From the NCBI GenBank assembly GCA_964016885.1, contig OZ024740.1, positions 297,414,001-297,478,000 on the forward strand: a stretch of DNA of 64,000 bases, in the 5' to 3' direction. The stretch is from Eledone cirrhosa. Its lineage: Eukaryota. A program made the position numbers and the translations under genes. Under the pieces are notes generated by a model. It was not told the DNA's origin. It made no database searches and saw nothing but the letters and a program-made list of their open reading frames with translations. Positions within the stretch are counted from its first letter, which is position 1. Each line of letters starts with the position of its first letter. Positions 1 through 11,992 of the stretch are shown here, piece by piece.

Positions 1-900
1 GGCTGAGCTCAAGCCGTTTCGACGGCTAATTCTGGACTAAATGAAAATGTTTATCCTGTATATGAATAGCCGAGCTTCTCAGAGGGAAATTCCATATATG
101 TCGTCGTCCATTTCATTTTCTCGCCCACCCGATTATTTTTTGCACTGGGTGGTTGCTGGCCTTGTGCCTAGGGTGGAGGCAATTATTTCGTATTAGATTC
201 GGGACTCTGAATTATTATTTCGTGGTAGTTTCTTTAGTATTTTGGGCCCCTACTTGTTGACCTGTCACCGTAAGATATACTCGGTTGATTACTATTAACA
301 CTTAAAATGGTCTCTTTACAATTCCGTCCCACCTAGTAAACTTTTCTATAGTTTAGCAGTACCAGTGAGAGACTTGATGACTGTCGTTAGGGAATAGTAA
401 CCAGAAATTGTTTTTTTTTATATTTATAACATTCTTGGTATTCTTCTATATATTTACTCCATATTGACTTACTTATTGTTTCGACTTGCTCCCCTTCCCC
501 CTCCCTAGTATTCTTGCTTGAACTCCTGCCCTGCTGTAGTTGGCACTATTAACGCACGACTGGTTTTCCTCCACTCCCTCTCCCTCTTTCTTCTACTGGC
601 AGGTTCAGCTACCCCTTCCTTCCACAAATTGCCATGATAGAATTATGTGTCTCAACAACAAACTTTTGACCAATCTTTGTGACAATCACTTTTACCATAT
701 ATGGAATTATCCCCTGAGAAGCTCGGCTATTCATATACCAGGATAAAAATTTTCATTTAGTCCAGAATTAGCCTTCGAAACGGCTTGAGCTCAGCCGTCG
801 GGGTCCTACTCGTTCCTATTACCCACTCTACTACCCTAAGTATTGAGTACTTTGGTGCGTTATGGTCCACCTGGTTCCTTACCACATTTCTTTCGTTATA
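1..900 (+). mobile_element. Non-coding PLE-like fold-back fragment (family A) with hammerhead-like motif
   Basis: 1-100 is the inverted copy of about 697-797. The tail (cctattacccactctactaccct...ttcgttata) ends in (TA)n and recurs at 5120-5220(-), 42960-43070(-) and 56770-56960(+). Confidence 0.6.
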
Positions 901-911
901 TATATATATAT

Positions 912-957
<46 letters not shown>

Positions 958-1281
958 ATATGCACTACCAACTTCTTCCAGGTGTTGTTGCTTTTGTTCC
1001 AGCCTGAAATAGTTGACCTAATATCCAAGTCTGTTCCGCCGTGAATATCTCGTCTTATTCTCGGACAAAGTATGTTGAGTCCAGGTGTGACCCTAGACAT
1101 GATAACTTAAACAAACTAAAAAACTAAAGAACGATTCAAGCGTTTTAAGATCTAATGTGCCTTTCTTTTAAGACGGTCAAATGATCACACCGATTCCTTC
1201 CGTACACGCATACGTGTATATTTGTTTGTTTGTGTGTATGTATGTATGTATATATGTAGGTGTATATGTATGTTTTAATTA

Positions 1282-1313
<32 letters not shown>

Positions 1314-1445
1314 GTGTGTGTGTGTGCGTGCATGTGTGCGTGTGTATGTGTGTGTGTGCATGTGTGAATGTATCAGGTTGCTCTCTAGCGCTACTGGTAA
1401 TATGTCACCCAACCAAGCTTTTTTGTTGAGGAGGCTTGTACATAT

Positions 1446-1527
<82 letters not shown>

Positions 1528-1554
1528 ATATATATACATATATATGTGTGTGTG

Positions 1555-1634
<80 letters not shown>

Positions 1635-1989
1635 TAGTTTACATTACTTCCTTCTCCTGACTCTAGCTACCGACATTCTTCATCAGACCAGTTTACTACG
1701 ATGATAAATGCAACAAAAGCACTACCAAACTATTGACCTATTTCTTCACACCCTTCATATATTTCTACACCCAACGGAAAGGCTTGCTGAATACACAAGC
1801 CGAAACCGCTTGACACCGCGTTCGGAATTTTACATCTCTCTCTATATATATATATAATTCAAGCATAATCGCTGAACTACTTAATGACAGTATCACTCAG
1901 CCACTCACTCAGCCATCATTATCGCCATCACCATCACCACCGTCACCATCTCCTGCCACATCTACATCTTATGTATTATGTTGTATCAG

Positions 1990-2810
1990 ATGAAAGAATG
2001 GTATTTAACTAATGTATTGGTACGCGATTCGCGGGGCTCACACCTGCGGCTGGCCAGCTCAGCGTCTATGGTGGTGGGAAAGGAGGAGGCCCTGGGGCCG
2101 AGGACACCAGAAGTCCTCACTGCCAGGGGAACGATCGCAAACCTGTTGGAGAGCGACCGGTATTTGAGGAGTTTGGCCCCCTCAGCCCGACGTGTAGCAG
2201 AACCTGGGTTAGTCGCAGACTGCACCAGGTTGGGGCTGTAGAAAGTGTCGGTGCAAGTGGCATCCCAGACGAGGGATTTGCCACCGCGGAACGGGAAGAT
2301 GCTCATGCCATCTGGCCTTTTGCCGTCCCCTCGATCCAGCCCCACCGGCTTGAGCTGGTAAGGGAAGCCTGTAGCGTCCAAGCCATGCTTAATGACCTCG
2401 TTGAGGGCAGCATGGCCTGGAATGCGGCCGGCACTGTGGCGACAGGAAAGCGGGTGGAGGCCTAAAGAGTCCACGGTGAAACCGCAGCGACATGGTGTGG
2501 CTGGCAGATCCGGAGGCCGATCCTCAGGGAAACGCCGATTCGCAGGCTATGGTTGTCTAACTGCCTGCCAGTGGAGAAGAAGGGCAGGGTAAGGAGCCAG
2601 ACACCACTGTGGGGTTTGGAGGCCCCACGAAAACAAGCAAGGCGGTGCTGGTCGAGCTGGCGCCTGAGCCTGTCTGAGGCCAGGCCGCACTGGATGGCGT
2701 CCCAAGTGCGTTGGGGGGACTTGATGCCAACAGGGGGAGAAGGAGGAGGGACGTCTACTGGGCTAAGTCTCAGCCGGTCCCACGTCTCACAGGAGACCTC
2801 ACGTTCTCTG
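1990..2810 (-). mobile_element. CRE-clade non-LTR retrotransposon 3' fragment (RLE endonuclease region), frameshifted
   Basis: H(A)LSC, H(A)ALNEVI, DRGDGKRPDG, LVWDATCTDT, K..KY motifs in ORFs 1986-2474 and 2462-2815. Confidence 0.8.
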
Positions 2811-3703
2811 AACACAGAGTTCTGTTGTGTTATATATACACATATGTCTGTGTATATTATATATGCATATATATATATGTGTGTGTGTGTGTTAAGTATT
2901 TCCGTGGAAAAGGTAAAGGAAAGAAGAGTGCTCTATGTATAGTACAGAGCTATTTAATTATGTAATAAACAACATAATATAGTTATTCCATTACCCAAGG
3001 TTTCCCGAAGTTAGACGATTCTAACAGAAACGTCTGATATCGCCCATCAGAAGGAATCTTTATTTGGATATAAGATATGAAATTAAAATTTTAATTTTAA
3101 ATATTCTGCTATCTAAACCGCCCTTAACAAGAGGATATTTTAACGGTCGATAACTTAATCGTCCACTTTGTTCGTCTGAGGAACTGAGGATAGTAATGTG
3201 CAGTCTTCTGTGCTTTGAGTTCAAATTGTGCACATATTATGCTTGTCTTTCCATTGGATGCCCAGTGTATAGTGAAGGGAGACTTGCTTACATTTGCTGT
3301 CTCTTACCTTTTAAAATTGTCGTGTTCCTTTCACAGTTTTCTTTTTATAGTCCATTTTACTTTCTCTAGATCGATGTCTATTTATTTTACTCTAGACTTT
3401 TATTTTATCATTATTGTTATTATTGCCTTATATCGACCCCGTAAGGACGAAAGGCAAAGTTGAATCCCGCCAGGTTAACTTTGCCTTTCATCCTTACGGG
3501 GTCGATAAAATAAAGCACCAGTAATGCACTGAGGTAATTGCTTACCTTGTGCCAAAAATAGAAACGTTATCATTGCCCTATATGATTGCTTTACTTTTTT
3601 TCTAAATATTTTCTTATTTTTCACCATTATTCATCTTTTAATAATTCACATTACCTTCGCTAATAATGTATTTTTATTGCCCATCTCTCTCTCTCTCTCT
3701 CTC

Positions 3704-3786
<83 letters not shown>

Positions 3787-4482
3787 TTTCTTCCGATCTC
3801 TATTGCCCATTTCACTCTTTTTTTCCCCTGTTCACGCCCCCATTTCACCTACGGAGAACCTGCAAAGAATATAGACACCCATACTTGATCTTGACCAAAC
3901 CAATAAACAACACTATTCCAAATAAACAATGAAACCTCAATGTCCTCGTTAAAATCAACCCCCTCAACCCCTTCACTTTTCAGCCCTAATTTCTATATCA
4001 CTTTACTGTTCTCCTTACCACCGTCTTCTATATTAAATACTTCGACATCATCATTACAATCATCATCATCATCACCATCATCACCATCATCGCCATAACC
4101 AACATTACATTATCATTACCGTCATCATCATCATACACTTCCTCCTACCCTTCCTACCCCCTCCTCCTCATCATCATGATCATCATTATCATCGTCATAA
4201 CACACATTAACATTACCATCATCATCATTATACTCTTTCTCTCCCTCCTCCTCCCCCCTCCCCCCTCCTCTACCCCCACCTCATGATTATCATCATTATC
4301 ACCATCGCCATTTGTAGGTTCCTTTACCACAACAATACTATCTTCTAACAAGAACACGTTTGATATCTGCCACCCCCAGATATATGCATTTTGACGGACA
4401 TCGATATTCAAGAGAGAAGGTTGTACCAGAACAAATTAAACATGTACATAAAACAGAACATAGGTAAACTTGATATACTTAC

Positions 4483-4542
4483 TTTACGTTATATTGGAAG
4501 TCAGAGATATATAGTAATTCAATCTTTAGTTTCACCTTGTAC
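4483..4542 (-). other. Candidate 60-nt exon of an unidentified minus-strand gene
   Basis: Minus strand reads actaacag|GTACAAG...GTAAA|gtaagt; one frame is open (YKVKLKIELLYISDFQYNV). Confidence 0.4.
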
Positions 4543-5074
4543 CTGTTAGTTTGCGTTAAAGGGCCCCTAATAAACAGAACGAAAAGTGGTTTGGAATATT
4601 AGTGCGTCAGATGAAATGCATTATACCATTTCGTAATGGTCGTCTACGTTCTGGTTTCAAATCCTACTGAAATAAACTTTGCCTTTATCCTTATTGGGCT
4701 ATTAAGATAAAGTACAAGTAAAGTACAAGAGACGGTATAATCGTCTTTACCAATTCCACTAAATTGTTGAACTTGTGCTTAAATTAGAATTCACGATATT
4801 TTGTAAAGTCTAATTCTAGAAAATTGGCCTACATCTCTCCTATATTTGTTTTAAGGGGTGCATTTAGAAACGTGGGAAAATGAATATTAAAATAAAATAT
4901 CATAAAATGACATTTATGACTTGTTTATTTTTTTTTATTAAAGCCTCAAATTATAATTTGTATTTTGAGTAAAACTCCCTTTTTATCTGAGGCTGAATCA
5001 TTGACTGTTGCTTTAGGAGGATTTGCAAAACATGGACACAATGGGCTTAAATGGTTCTGTAGATCACTTCCCAG

Positions 5075-5121
<47 letters not shown>

Positions 5122-5479
5122 CGAAGGAGTTGTGGTAAGGAACCAGATGGACCATAACTCACCAGAGTACTCAATACTTAGGGTAGTAGAGTGGGTAATA
5201 GGAAAAATTATGACCCCTCTTTTTCCCATATATATATATATATATATATATATGAGTGTATGCGTGCCTGTCTATGTGTCTGTGTCAGCTTAGTGTTGCC
5301 GTTTGTGTGTGTGGTGTTAATTAGCGGTGAGATAAAAAGGCATTGATAAAATAAGTACTACAAATGTAGATATGACCGGCTACATTTCTTCAAGCTGGTG
5401 TCTGAGCAGTCTAATGGCTGAAACTAGTAAAAGAATAAAAAAAACTAATTACTCATATACAGACCTGTCAACATATATA

Positions 5480-5552
<73 letters not shown>

Positions 5553-6143
5553 CTGTGTCTATGTTGTTTTATTGTGTGCGAAAGTGTGTGTCTATCAGTA
5601 ATGTATGTAGATATATATATATAAAGTATCACGCCTACTTACAGGTTATCGAATGATTAAAAAAGTGACATTTGCATACACAGACATACAGCTAAATACA
5701 CATACATACAATTAATCACTCACACAAACATCCAAACATATACTCGCACACCCACTTATATAAAGACAATGGAAAAATGAAAGCATGGGAAGTAGTTAAA
5801 TAAAAATAAAACAATTTTAAAAAACAAGAAAAATAACCTACAAAACAATACCACATAAAGAGATAATACATATTTTTTTGTACACATAAAGAGATAATAC
5901 ACATATTTTTTTGTAAAAGCATTACACTTCTCCCACATTTTTTCGTTCCTGTGCAGGCACTGCACTTTTGTCTCTGTGCAGGCACTGCACTTTCGTTTCT
6001 ATGTAGCACTGCACTTTCGTATATGATTAAGGAGTTTGCTTAGCAACCATCCTGTTTCGGGTTCAGTCCTACTGCGTAGCACTTTGCGCAGGTGTCCACT
6101 TGTCTTCTACTGCACCCACGGTTTTACAGTGGTTTGTGAATAA

Positions 6144-6219
<76 letters not shown>

Positions 6220-6454
6220 ATTATATATATGAGTGTATGCGTGCCTGTCTATGTGTCTGTGTCAGTTTAGTGTTGCCGTTTGTGTGTGCCGTGTTAATTA
6301 ACAGTGAGATAAAAAGGCATTGATAAAATAAGTACTAGACGTGGGTATAATAACTACAAATGTAGATATGACCGGCTACATTTCTTCAAGCTGGTGTCTG
6401 AGCAGTCTAATGGCTGAAACTAGTAAAAGAATAAAAAAACTAATTACTCATATA

Positions 6455-6858
6455 CAGACCTGTCGTCTCTCCCCGTCCGACGGGGAGATCTCCAACCCAC
6501 TTTGGGTGGGTGGGAGATGTCTTCTCTTGCGAAAATGATTATAGCTTTCATTATGTAAAACTCCCCATCAAGGCGATGGATTGGCAGTATCGGTAGAGGG
6601 TCGGATGCCATGCTTTGACGCATAGAGTTACGGCCCTTGCCATTCTGAGTTCAAATCCCGCCGAGGTTAACTTTGCCTTTCATCCTTACGGGGTCGATAA
6701 AATAAAGTACCAGTAATGCACTGGGTAATTGCTGGCCTTGTGCCAAAACGTAGAAACAATTATGTAAAAACTCCCCATTTTGCCTCATTTCTCCCCATTT
6801 GGGGCACTTTTTTTCATGTTACTCCCCGTTTGAGGGTTTAAATGTTGGCAGGTCTGCA
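6455..6858. mobile_element. MITE (TIR about CAGACCTGYCAAC) carrying a nested SINE
   Basis: Empty copies at 21630-21824 and 39627-39845(-); another SINE-filled copy at about 61100-61368. Confidence 0.75.
6571..6760 (+). mobile_element. tRNA-derived SINE with Meta-like central domain (family 1)
   Basis: A box TGGCAGTATCGG, B box GAGTTCAAATCC, then GCCTTTCATCCTTACGGGGTCGATAAAATAAAGTACCAG; TSD attatgtaaaactcccca. Confidence 0.85.
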
Positions 6859-7650
6859 TAAAAATGTGTGGGTATGTTAGTATAGTTAGTACTATATACA
6901 AATCAGTATCTCTAGTCGATGTTGCATTCGTAAAAATAAAATAAAAACATGTATGCTGTAGCTTATCCTTGTTTCAGCTGTACATAGTAAGTAAATGTGA
7001 CCGATGAAGGATAAAAATCTAGAAACAGTAGTCTGCCATTCTAGCTGGCTACTAAGATACCTGTGACATGATCATAGCATAACATGTTCATAGGAAAACT
7101 CACGTATGCTTATTATACAGAACCATATCATATATGTTTTCGTATACATTCCTATTATGAACCACGCTATGGTAGTGCAACTGCTAATGTATATGTATAT
7201 ATGTATATATACATTCATAGGAATAATCTGGTACGTTTATTATACAGAACTATATCGTATATGCTTTGGTATACTTCCCTATTATGAACCACGTTATGTT
7301 AATGCAACTGCTAATGTATATAGATGTATATACATGTATATACATGTATATACATGTGCTAGTCTACCAGCCTCTCACCATTAAATCAACACCCACCATC
7401 CCTACCCACTCCGCCATCATTATATATTAAGACCTGTACCTCTCTCACACACATCTTCTACTCTGTATTAACATTCAAACCTTACTGTCACTCCTGTTTA
7501 ACTGTTATATTATGCAACTAACATAGCTGACGCCCTCTACACAAACCCGTCTTGGATGACATTTACCTCTATCAACACACACAACACAGAACACAACGCA
7601 AACAACAGGCCGCATAGCATTCATTTGTACGCACAGTCACGTATGCTATA

Positions 7651-8090
7651 CTAGACCTGAAAAATGCGCAAGCTCAAAAGAGCCACAGAATGTTATAATA
7701 AACCTTCAAAAGTGTGGGACTAGAGTTGTTGCTCAAACATATTGTAATCATTATCTATCGTAACTCTGTGGCATCCTTTTATAAAAAAGAGACTCATAGC
7801 GAACTCAAGACGACACGATAATTATTTAAGCTAATGTTCAATATCTCATATTAGATGTTTAGTAATGATTAATACGAAATGCACTTAAACCGAATTCTAT
7901 ATTATAAATTCACTTAAATAATTATCGTGTCGTCTTCAGTTCGTTATGAGTCTCTTTTTTATAAAAGGATGCCACAGAGTGTACGATAGATAATGATTAC
8001 AATATTTTTGAGCAACAACTCTAGTCCCACACTTTTGGTTTATTATAACATTCTGTGGCTCTTTTGAGCTTGCGCATTTTTCAGGTCTAG
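7651..8090. repeat. Fold-back element, arms about 180 bp
   Basis: ctagacctgaaaaatgcgcaagc... (7651-7830) is mirrored by 7912-8090. Confidence 0.9.
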
Positions 8091-8544
8091 TTTAATATAT
8101 CTTTTTAAGGCAACGCTTGTAATAACTCTAGTTAAACATGATATATATTAATAATAAATTATCGTTGTAATGTAATTAGATTATATAATTGTTATTTTAT
8201 AAATGATCTTATAAATATTATTTTAAGATGTATAAAAATATTTTCAGACTTTTTATATAAACAACTACAAAAAACAATCAATATTAAATAAATATATTTT
8301 ACATTATAATTGTTATAGTTGAATTAATAAAAATTAAATATTACATACAAATAGTCTAACAATAATAAAAAAAATAATCTAACATAATAATAATGAAATA
8401 ATCTAACATAAAACGAACAATAATATGAACATTTTTTCAAGAAAAAATGATACAACCAATATTCTAAGCATGTTATAACGAACAGAAAAAAAAATAGTTA
8501 ATATAAATTTTAAAAATCATATATAAATTAACAATATAACTTAC

Positions 8545-8680
8545 CAAAACGAGAAAAATATTTTGATGATAAAACGACAAAATACAGGAGAGAGATTCGA
8601 AAGCGAAACGATAAATAAACGTGCAAACAAAAGGCTTTTCAGCAACAATTACTCTCGTTGGTTGATTAGCCAATAAGACG
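8545..8680 (-). promoter_or_regulatory. Candidate promoter and first (UTR) exon of a minus-strand gene
   Basis: CCAAT-type boxes near 8655-8675, a pyrimidine-rich leader and a strong donor TTG|gtaagt at 8544. Confidence 0.35.
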
Positions 8681-9009
8681 ATACATTATAAAACATGTTT
8701 AGAAAGAATCGCCACATATCATGTATTCATGCACACATGCAAACCTATATATATAATCGGTAAATCATATATTAGTGCGCATACGAACATCATGCAACGT
8801 GTTTATGGGACAGTATGCACATGCAAATATTATACATAAATATACGTATAGTACACTTGATATACAAACTTACACAAGATTTTATAAATATATCTTGTGT
8901 ACACGCTCTACAAATAACAAATACGTCGGATGATGCATATTCAGTACTGCTAGACACGTGTTTTGTTGGACTTTCGTCGGTTTCGACGACGCATGATTCC
9001 AGTTGATAC

Positions 9010-9245
9010 CATCAACAGCTTGCTGATCACATTAACGTGAATGTGGCTGAGTATTTCATAGACACGTGTACTCTTAACGTAGTTTTCGGGGACATTTAGT
9101 ATGACATAATGTGTGACAAAGCTCATTCTTTGGATTACTGGTACAACACATTTTTGACAGCTGAGTGGACTGGAGCAACATGAAATAAAGTGTCTTGTTC
9201 AAGAACACAATATGTAGCCGGTAATCGAACTCACTACCTTGTGCT
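9010..9245 (-). mobile_element. tRNA-derived SINE family 2 (CORE-like central motif)
   Basis: Minus strand: GAGTTCGATT B box, then GTGTTCTTGAACAAGACACTTTATTTCATGTTGCTCCAGTCCACTCAG. Related copies at about 22510-22770, 26850-27125, 58300-58620 and 62950-63230. Confidence 0.65.
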
Positions 9246-9403
9246 GATGCACATTTTTTTCCGTTATGGAAGCTTAAATGCCTGTAGTCAAAATACGACA
9301 AAAAATCTAATAAAGTTTTTCAAATGTTCAATTAATACCGTGTTCTAAACGCACTTGCTCATTTACACACAGATACACGCGCACACGCCCACACACGCAC
9401 ACG

Positions 9404-9454
<51 letters not shown>

Positions 9455-9586
9455 ATTATATTCCTATGTCGTTGAAGGCTGAGAGAAAGGAGTACTCAAT
9501 ACCGAAGTAGAGTTTTACTATTCATTTTATTAAGGATAAATATTGAGTATAGTTACTCTGAGTTTCGCCTGTTTATCACATGATCA

Positions 9587-9636
9587 TCTTGTCTGATGAC
9601 CATGTGATAAACGGGCGAAACTCCAGAGTAACAAGA
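9587..9636 (+). ncRNA. Minimal type-I hammerhead ribozyme
   Basis: TCTTGT-CTGATGA-[helix II]-GAAA-CTCCAGAG-TA-ACAAGA; perfect 6-bp helix I and GUA cleavage triplet, helix II weak. Confidence 0.65.
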
Positions 9637-9679
9637 CTCACTATTTAACCTTAATAAAATGAATATATATATATAAAAT

Positions 9680-10480
9680 TTCATACAATTACTATGTATG
9701 CATGACCTTAGATTTTGGGGTCCAATTTTGGCCCCCACTGTATAGTTGTGGAGCCGTTATAAAACTGGCTTCTCATCGGAGGGCCAGTACAAAATTACGA
9801 AAAAACCGTTAGTTGTCCTGGTCCCCGATGGATGGTCAGTTTTGAAACGCCTGCTCCACTTAATTCTAAATTTAATTTTGTGCAAATCTAAAGCTATAAG
9901 CGTATGTAGTGTTTGTGTCAAAAACTACATCCGCTTACATGTTAAATGATGGTTAAAAGACTTAAAACACTCATAAAATGTTAATGAATCACCATTACAG
10001 ATGCTTCTTAGAATCAGAGAATATGAAACACCACGGCATGTCATCTGCCTCCAAAATGTCTGTAATTCTAAAATTTCCACTTAGATCGTATTACATTTGG
10101 TGAAGGAATTCATCATCAGCTGTTTCATATTTCATCATCAGCTGTTTCATATTTCATCATCAGCTGTTTCATATTTCATCATCAGCTGTTTCATATTTCA
10201 TCATCAGCTGTGTTTATTGACAATGTTCATATAGAATATAGTGTGCACTATTTGTTCAGATGGCTAGCAGTAATTCCAGACATTGCTGTAAAAAAAGCAA
10301 TACATTTTTTGTGACTGCAGGCAGTGAAGCGGCATTTCGATGTCGTAAGTCTTGTCTGATGGAGTTGGTATGTAGCGCCGGGTCTTTTGTGTCCAGCAAA
10401 AATATCTCTTCTTCCAACATAATTTTTAGTTATATCCTACGGATGTATTTTTTCTGCTCATTAGATAACATTTCTTCCTC
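9680..10480 (-). pseudogene. Degenerate PIF1-type (Helitron RepHel) helicase relic
   Basis: Ordered, degraded motifs on the minus strand: LSNEQK, IFLLD, KKCIAFFTAMSGITASHL (resembles IALAVASSGIAATLL), HFGG, LTIHRGPGQ (resembles TIHKSQGQ), PQLY (resembles HGQLY). Confidence 0.5.
10112..10210. repeat. 22-bp tandem repeat, about 4.5 copies
   Basis: (tcatcatcagctgtttcatatt)n. Confidence 0.9.
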
Positions 10481-10882
10481 TTCCCACTACCTTCTATCTG
10501 TCTATTTCTTATTTTATTTCTCATTCGTTAAACTAATGTATATCTTCATTCTACTGTATCACTTTGCTGTGTTGTTTTCCATTTCCTTTTCTTCGCATAT
10601 ATATATATATATATATACTGAAGTAAAAGTTAAGTGGAAATATCCAAGAGTAAGAGCACTCAGGCCATAGCGAGTTTAGTAGAAATAATTACAACAGTGA
10701 CATAAACAGATACTCAAGTTTCGTTGGGTTCTGGGCTCGAATTCATTCAGCCTGTCATGAGAAAAATAAAAGCAAAGATGACCATCTATGTTTTTATTTT
10801 TCTCGTGGCAGACTGAATGAGTTGGGGCCCAGAACCTAACGAAACTTGAGTACCTATTTATGTCGCTGTTGTAATTATATAT

Positions 10883-10918
10883 ACTAGCAGAAAATCCGCC
10901 CGTTAGGCGGTTTTCTGC
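10883..10918 (-). mobile_element. Helitron-type 3' end (hairpin followed by CTAGT)
   Basis: Minus strand GCAGAAAACCGCC-TAACG-GGCGGATTTTCTGC runs into CTAG|T. Confidence 0.55.
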
Positions 10919-11204
10919 CTGCATATATAGTGTGCATATTAGTATTATACGCAAATATATATGCATATAGATATATGCAAATTGAAAAGTAAATTGACAA
11001 TATCTTCGTCACCCATTAACTCCATTCACATGTATATAAATTTGAGGGACTACTGTCCACCCGTCCGTCACAAAATGTGTATGTGTGTTTGTGTGAATGT
11101 ATGTGTGTGTAAAAGGAAGGAAAGAGATACACACATATATATGTCTAACTTAAAAACAGTGACACGTGTCTCTAATTTAAGAACGCCGACAAACTCGGCG
11201 CGCG

Positions 11205-11620
11205 AACCCTCAATTTTGGAAACATCTGGGTTGTCCTGAATTGATGGGAAAGACCTGACGGTCTTACTCTGTGCTCCTGGTCAAGAGGCAGGTGCCTTAC
11301 CTGGGACGTCACAGTTAGTGACTCTTTTGCTTCTTCCCACAACCTGGATGCAGCGGTAAGGGCGAGAGGTACAGCATCCGCAGCTGAACGGAACAAAATC
11401 CTAAAATACCGTGTTCTGTCAGCTAACTACGTTATCCAGCCTGTGGCGTTCGAAACGTTTGGGGGAGTCAGGCGACTGACAGCGAGGTTCTTATCTTCAC
11501 TGGGGGCTCGACAAACAAAGGTAACTGGTGATGCTCGTGAGGGCACTTGGTTGTTCCAGCACCTCAGCGTCGCCATCACCCCAGGTAACGCTGTGAGCGT
11601 ACTAGCCTGCCTCAAAAATT
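11205..11620 (+). mobile_element. Second CRE-clade RLE fragment
   Basis: DGKRPDGLTL-SWSRGRCLTWDVTVSDS, K..KY, PVAFETFG, FQHLSVAI..GNA. Confidence 0.75.
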
Positions 11621-11797
11621 ATTTGAGAGGTTTCCCAGTGCTCCTCGCTATATTGCTATATTTTGCTCTGATAGCGGCTCGTTTTTCCACTCTTTCGTTT
11701 GCATTTTGTTCTATGTGGTCTAAGATGTGTGTATTACGTGCTTGTGTATTTTTTCTCTTTCTTTTTTCCTTTCCCTTTCCTTTGTATATATTATATT

Positions 11798-11992
11798 GAA
11801 TTGGCAGTATCGGTAGAGGGTCAGACGCCATGCTTTCCAGAATAGTTACGTCCCTTTACGGTCTGAGTTCAAATCCCGTTTAGGTTAACTTTGCCTTTCA
11901 TCCTTACGGGGTATCCTTACGGGGTCGATAAAATAAAGTACCAGTAATACACTGGGATAATTGCCGGCCTTGTGCCAAAAGTAGAAACAATT
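11798..11992 (+). mobile_element. SINE family 1 copy
   Basis: Same A/B boxes and body; small internal duplication. Confidence 0.85.

Noticed and set aside
6571-6670. tRNA genes
   Set aside because: A/B boxes are over-spaced and run into a repeated SINE body; no cloverleaf
6995-7040. Additional hammerhead-like remnants (also about 3003-3036, 7857-7890, 34025-34090, 57120-57177)
   Set aside because: Core or helix I is too degenerate to call; they are at most decayed copies
10112-10210. Tandem hammerheads (minus strand has CTGATGA and GAAA in each 22-bp unit)
   Set aside because: No helix II or NUH arrangement; more simply a slippage repeat
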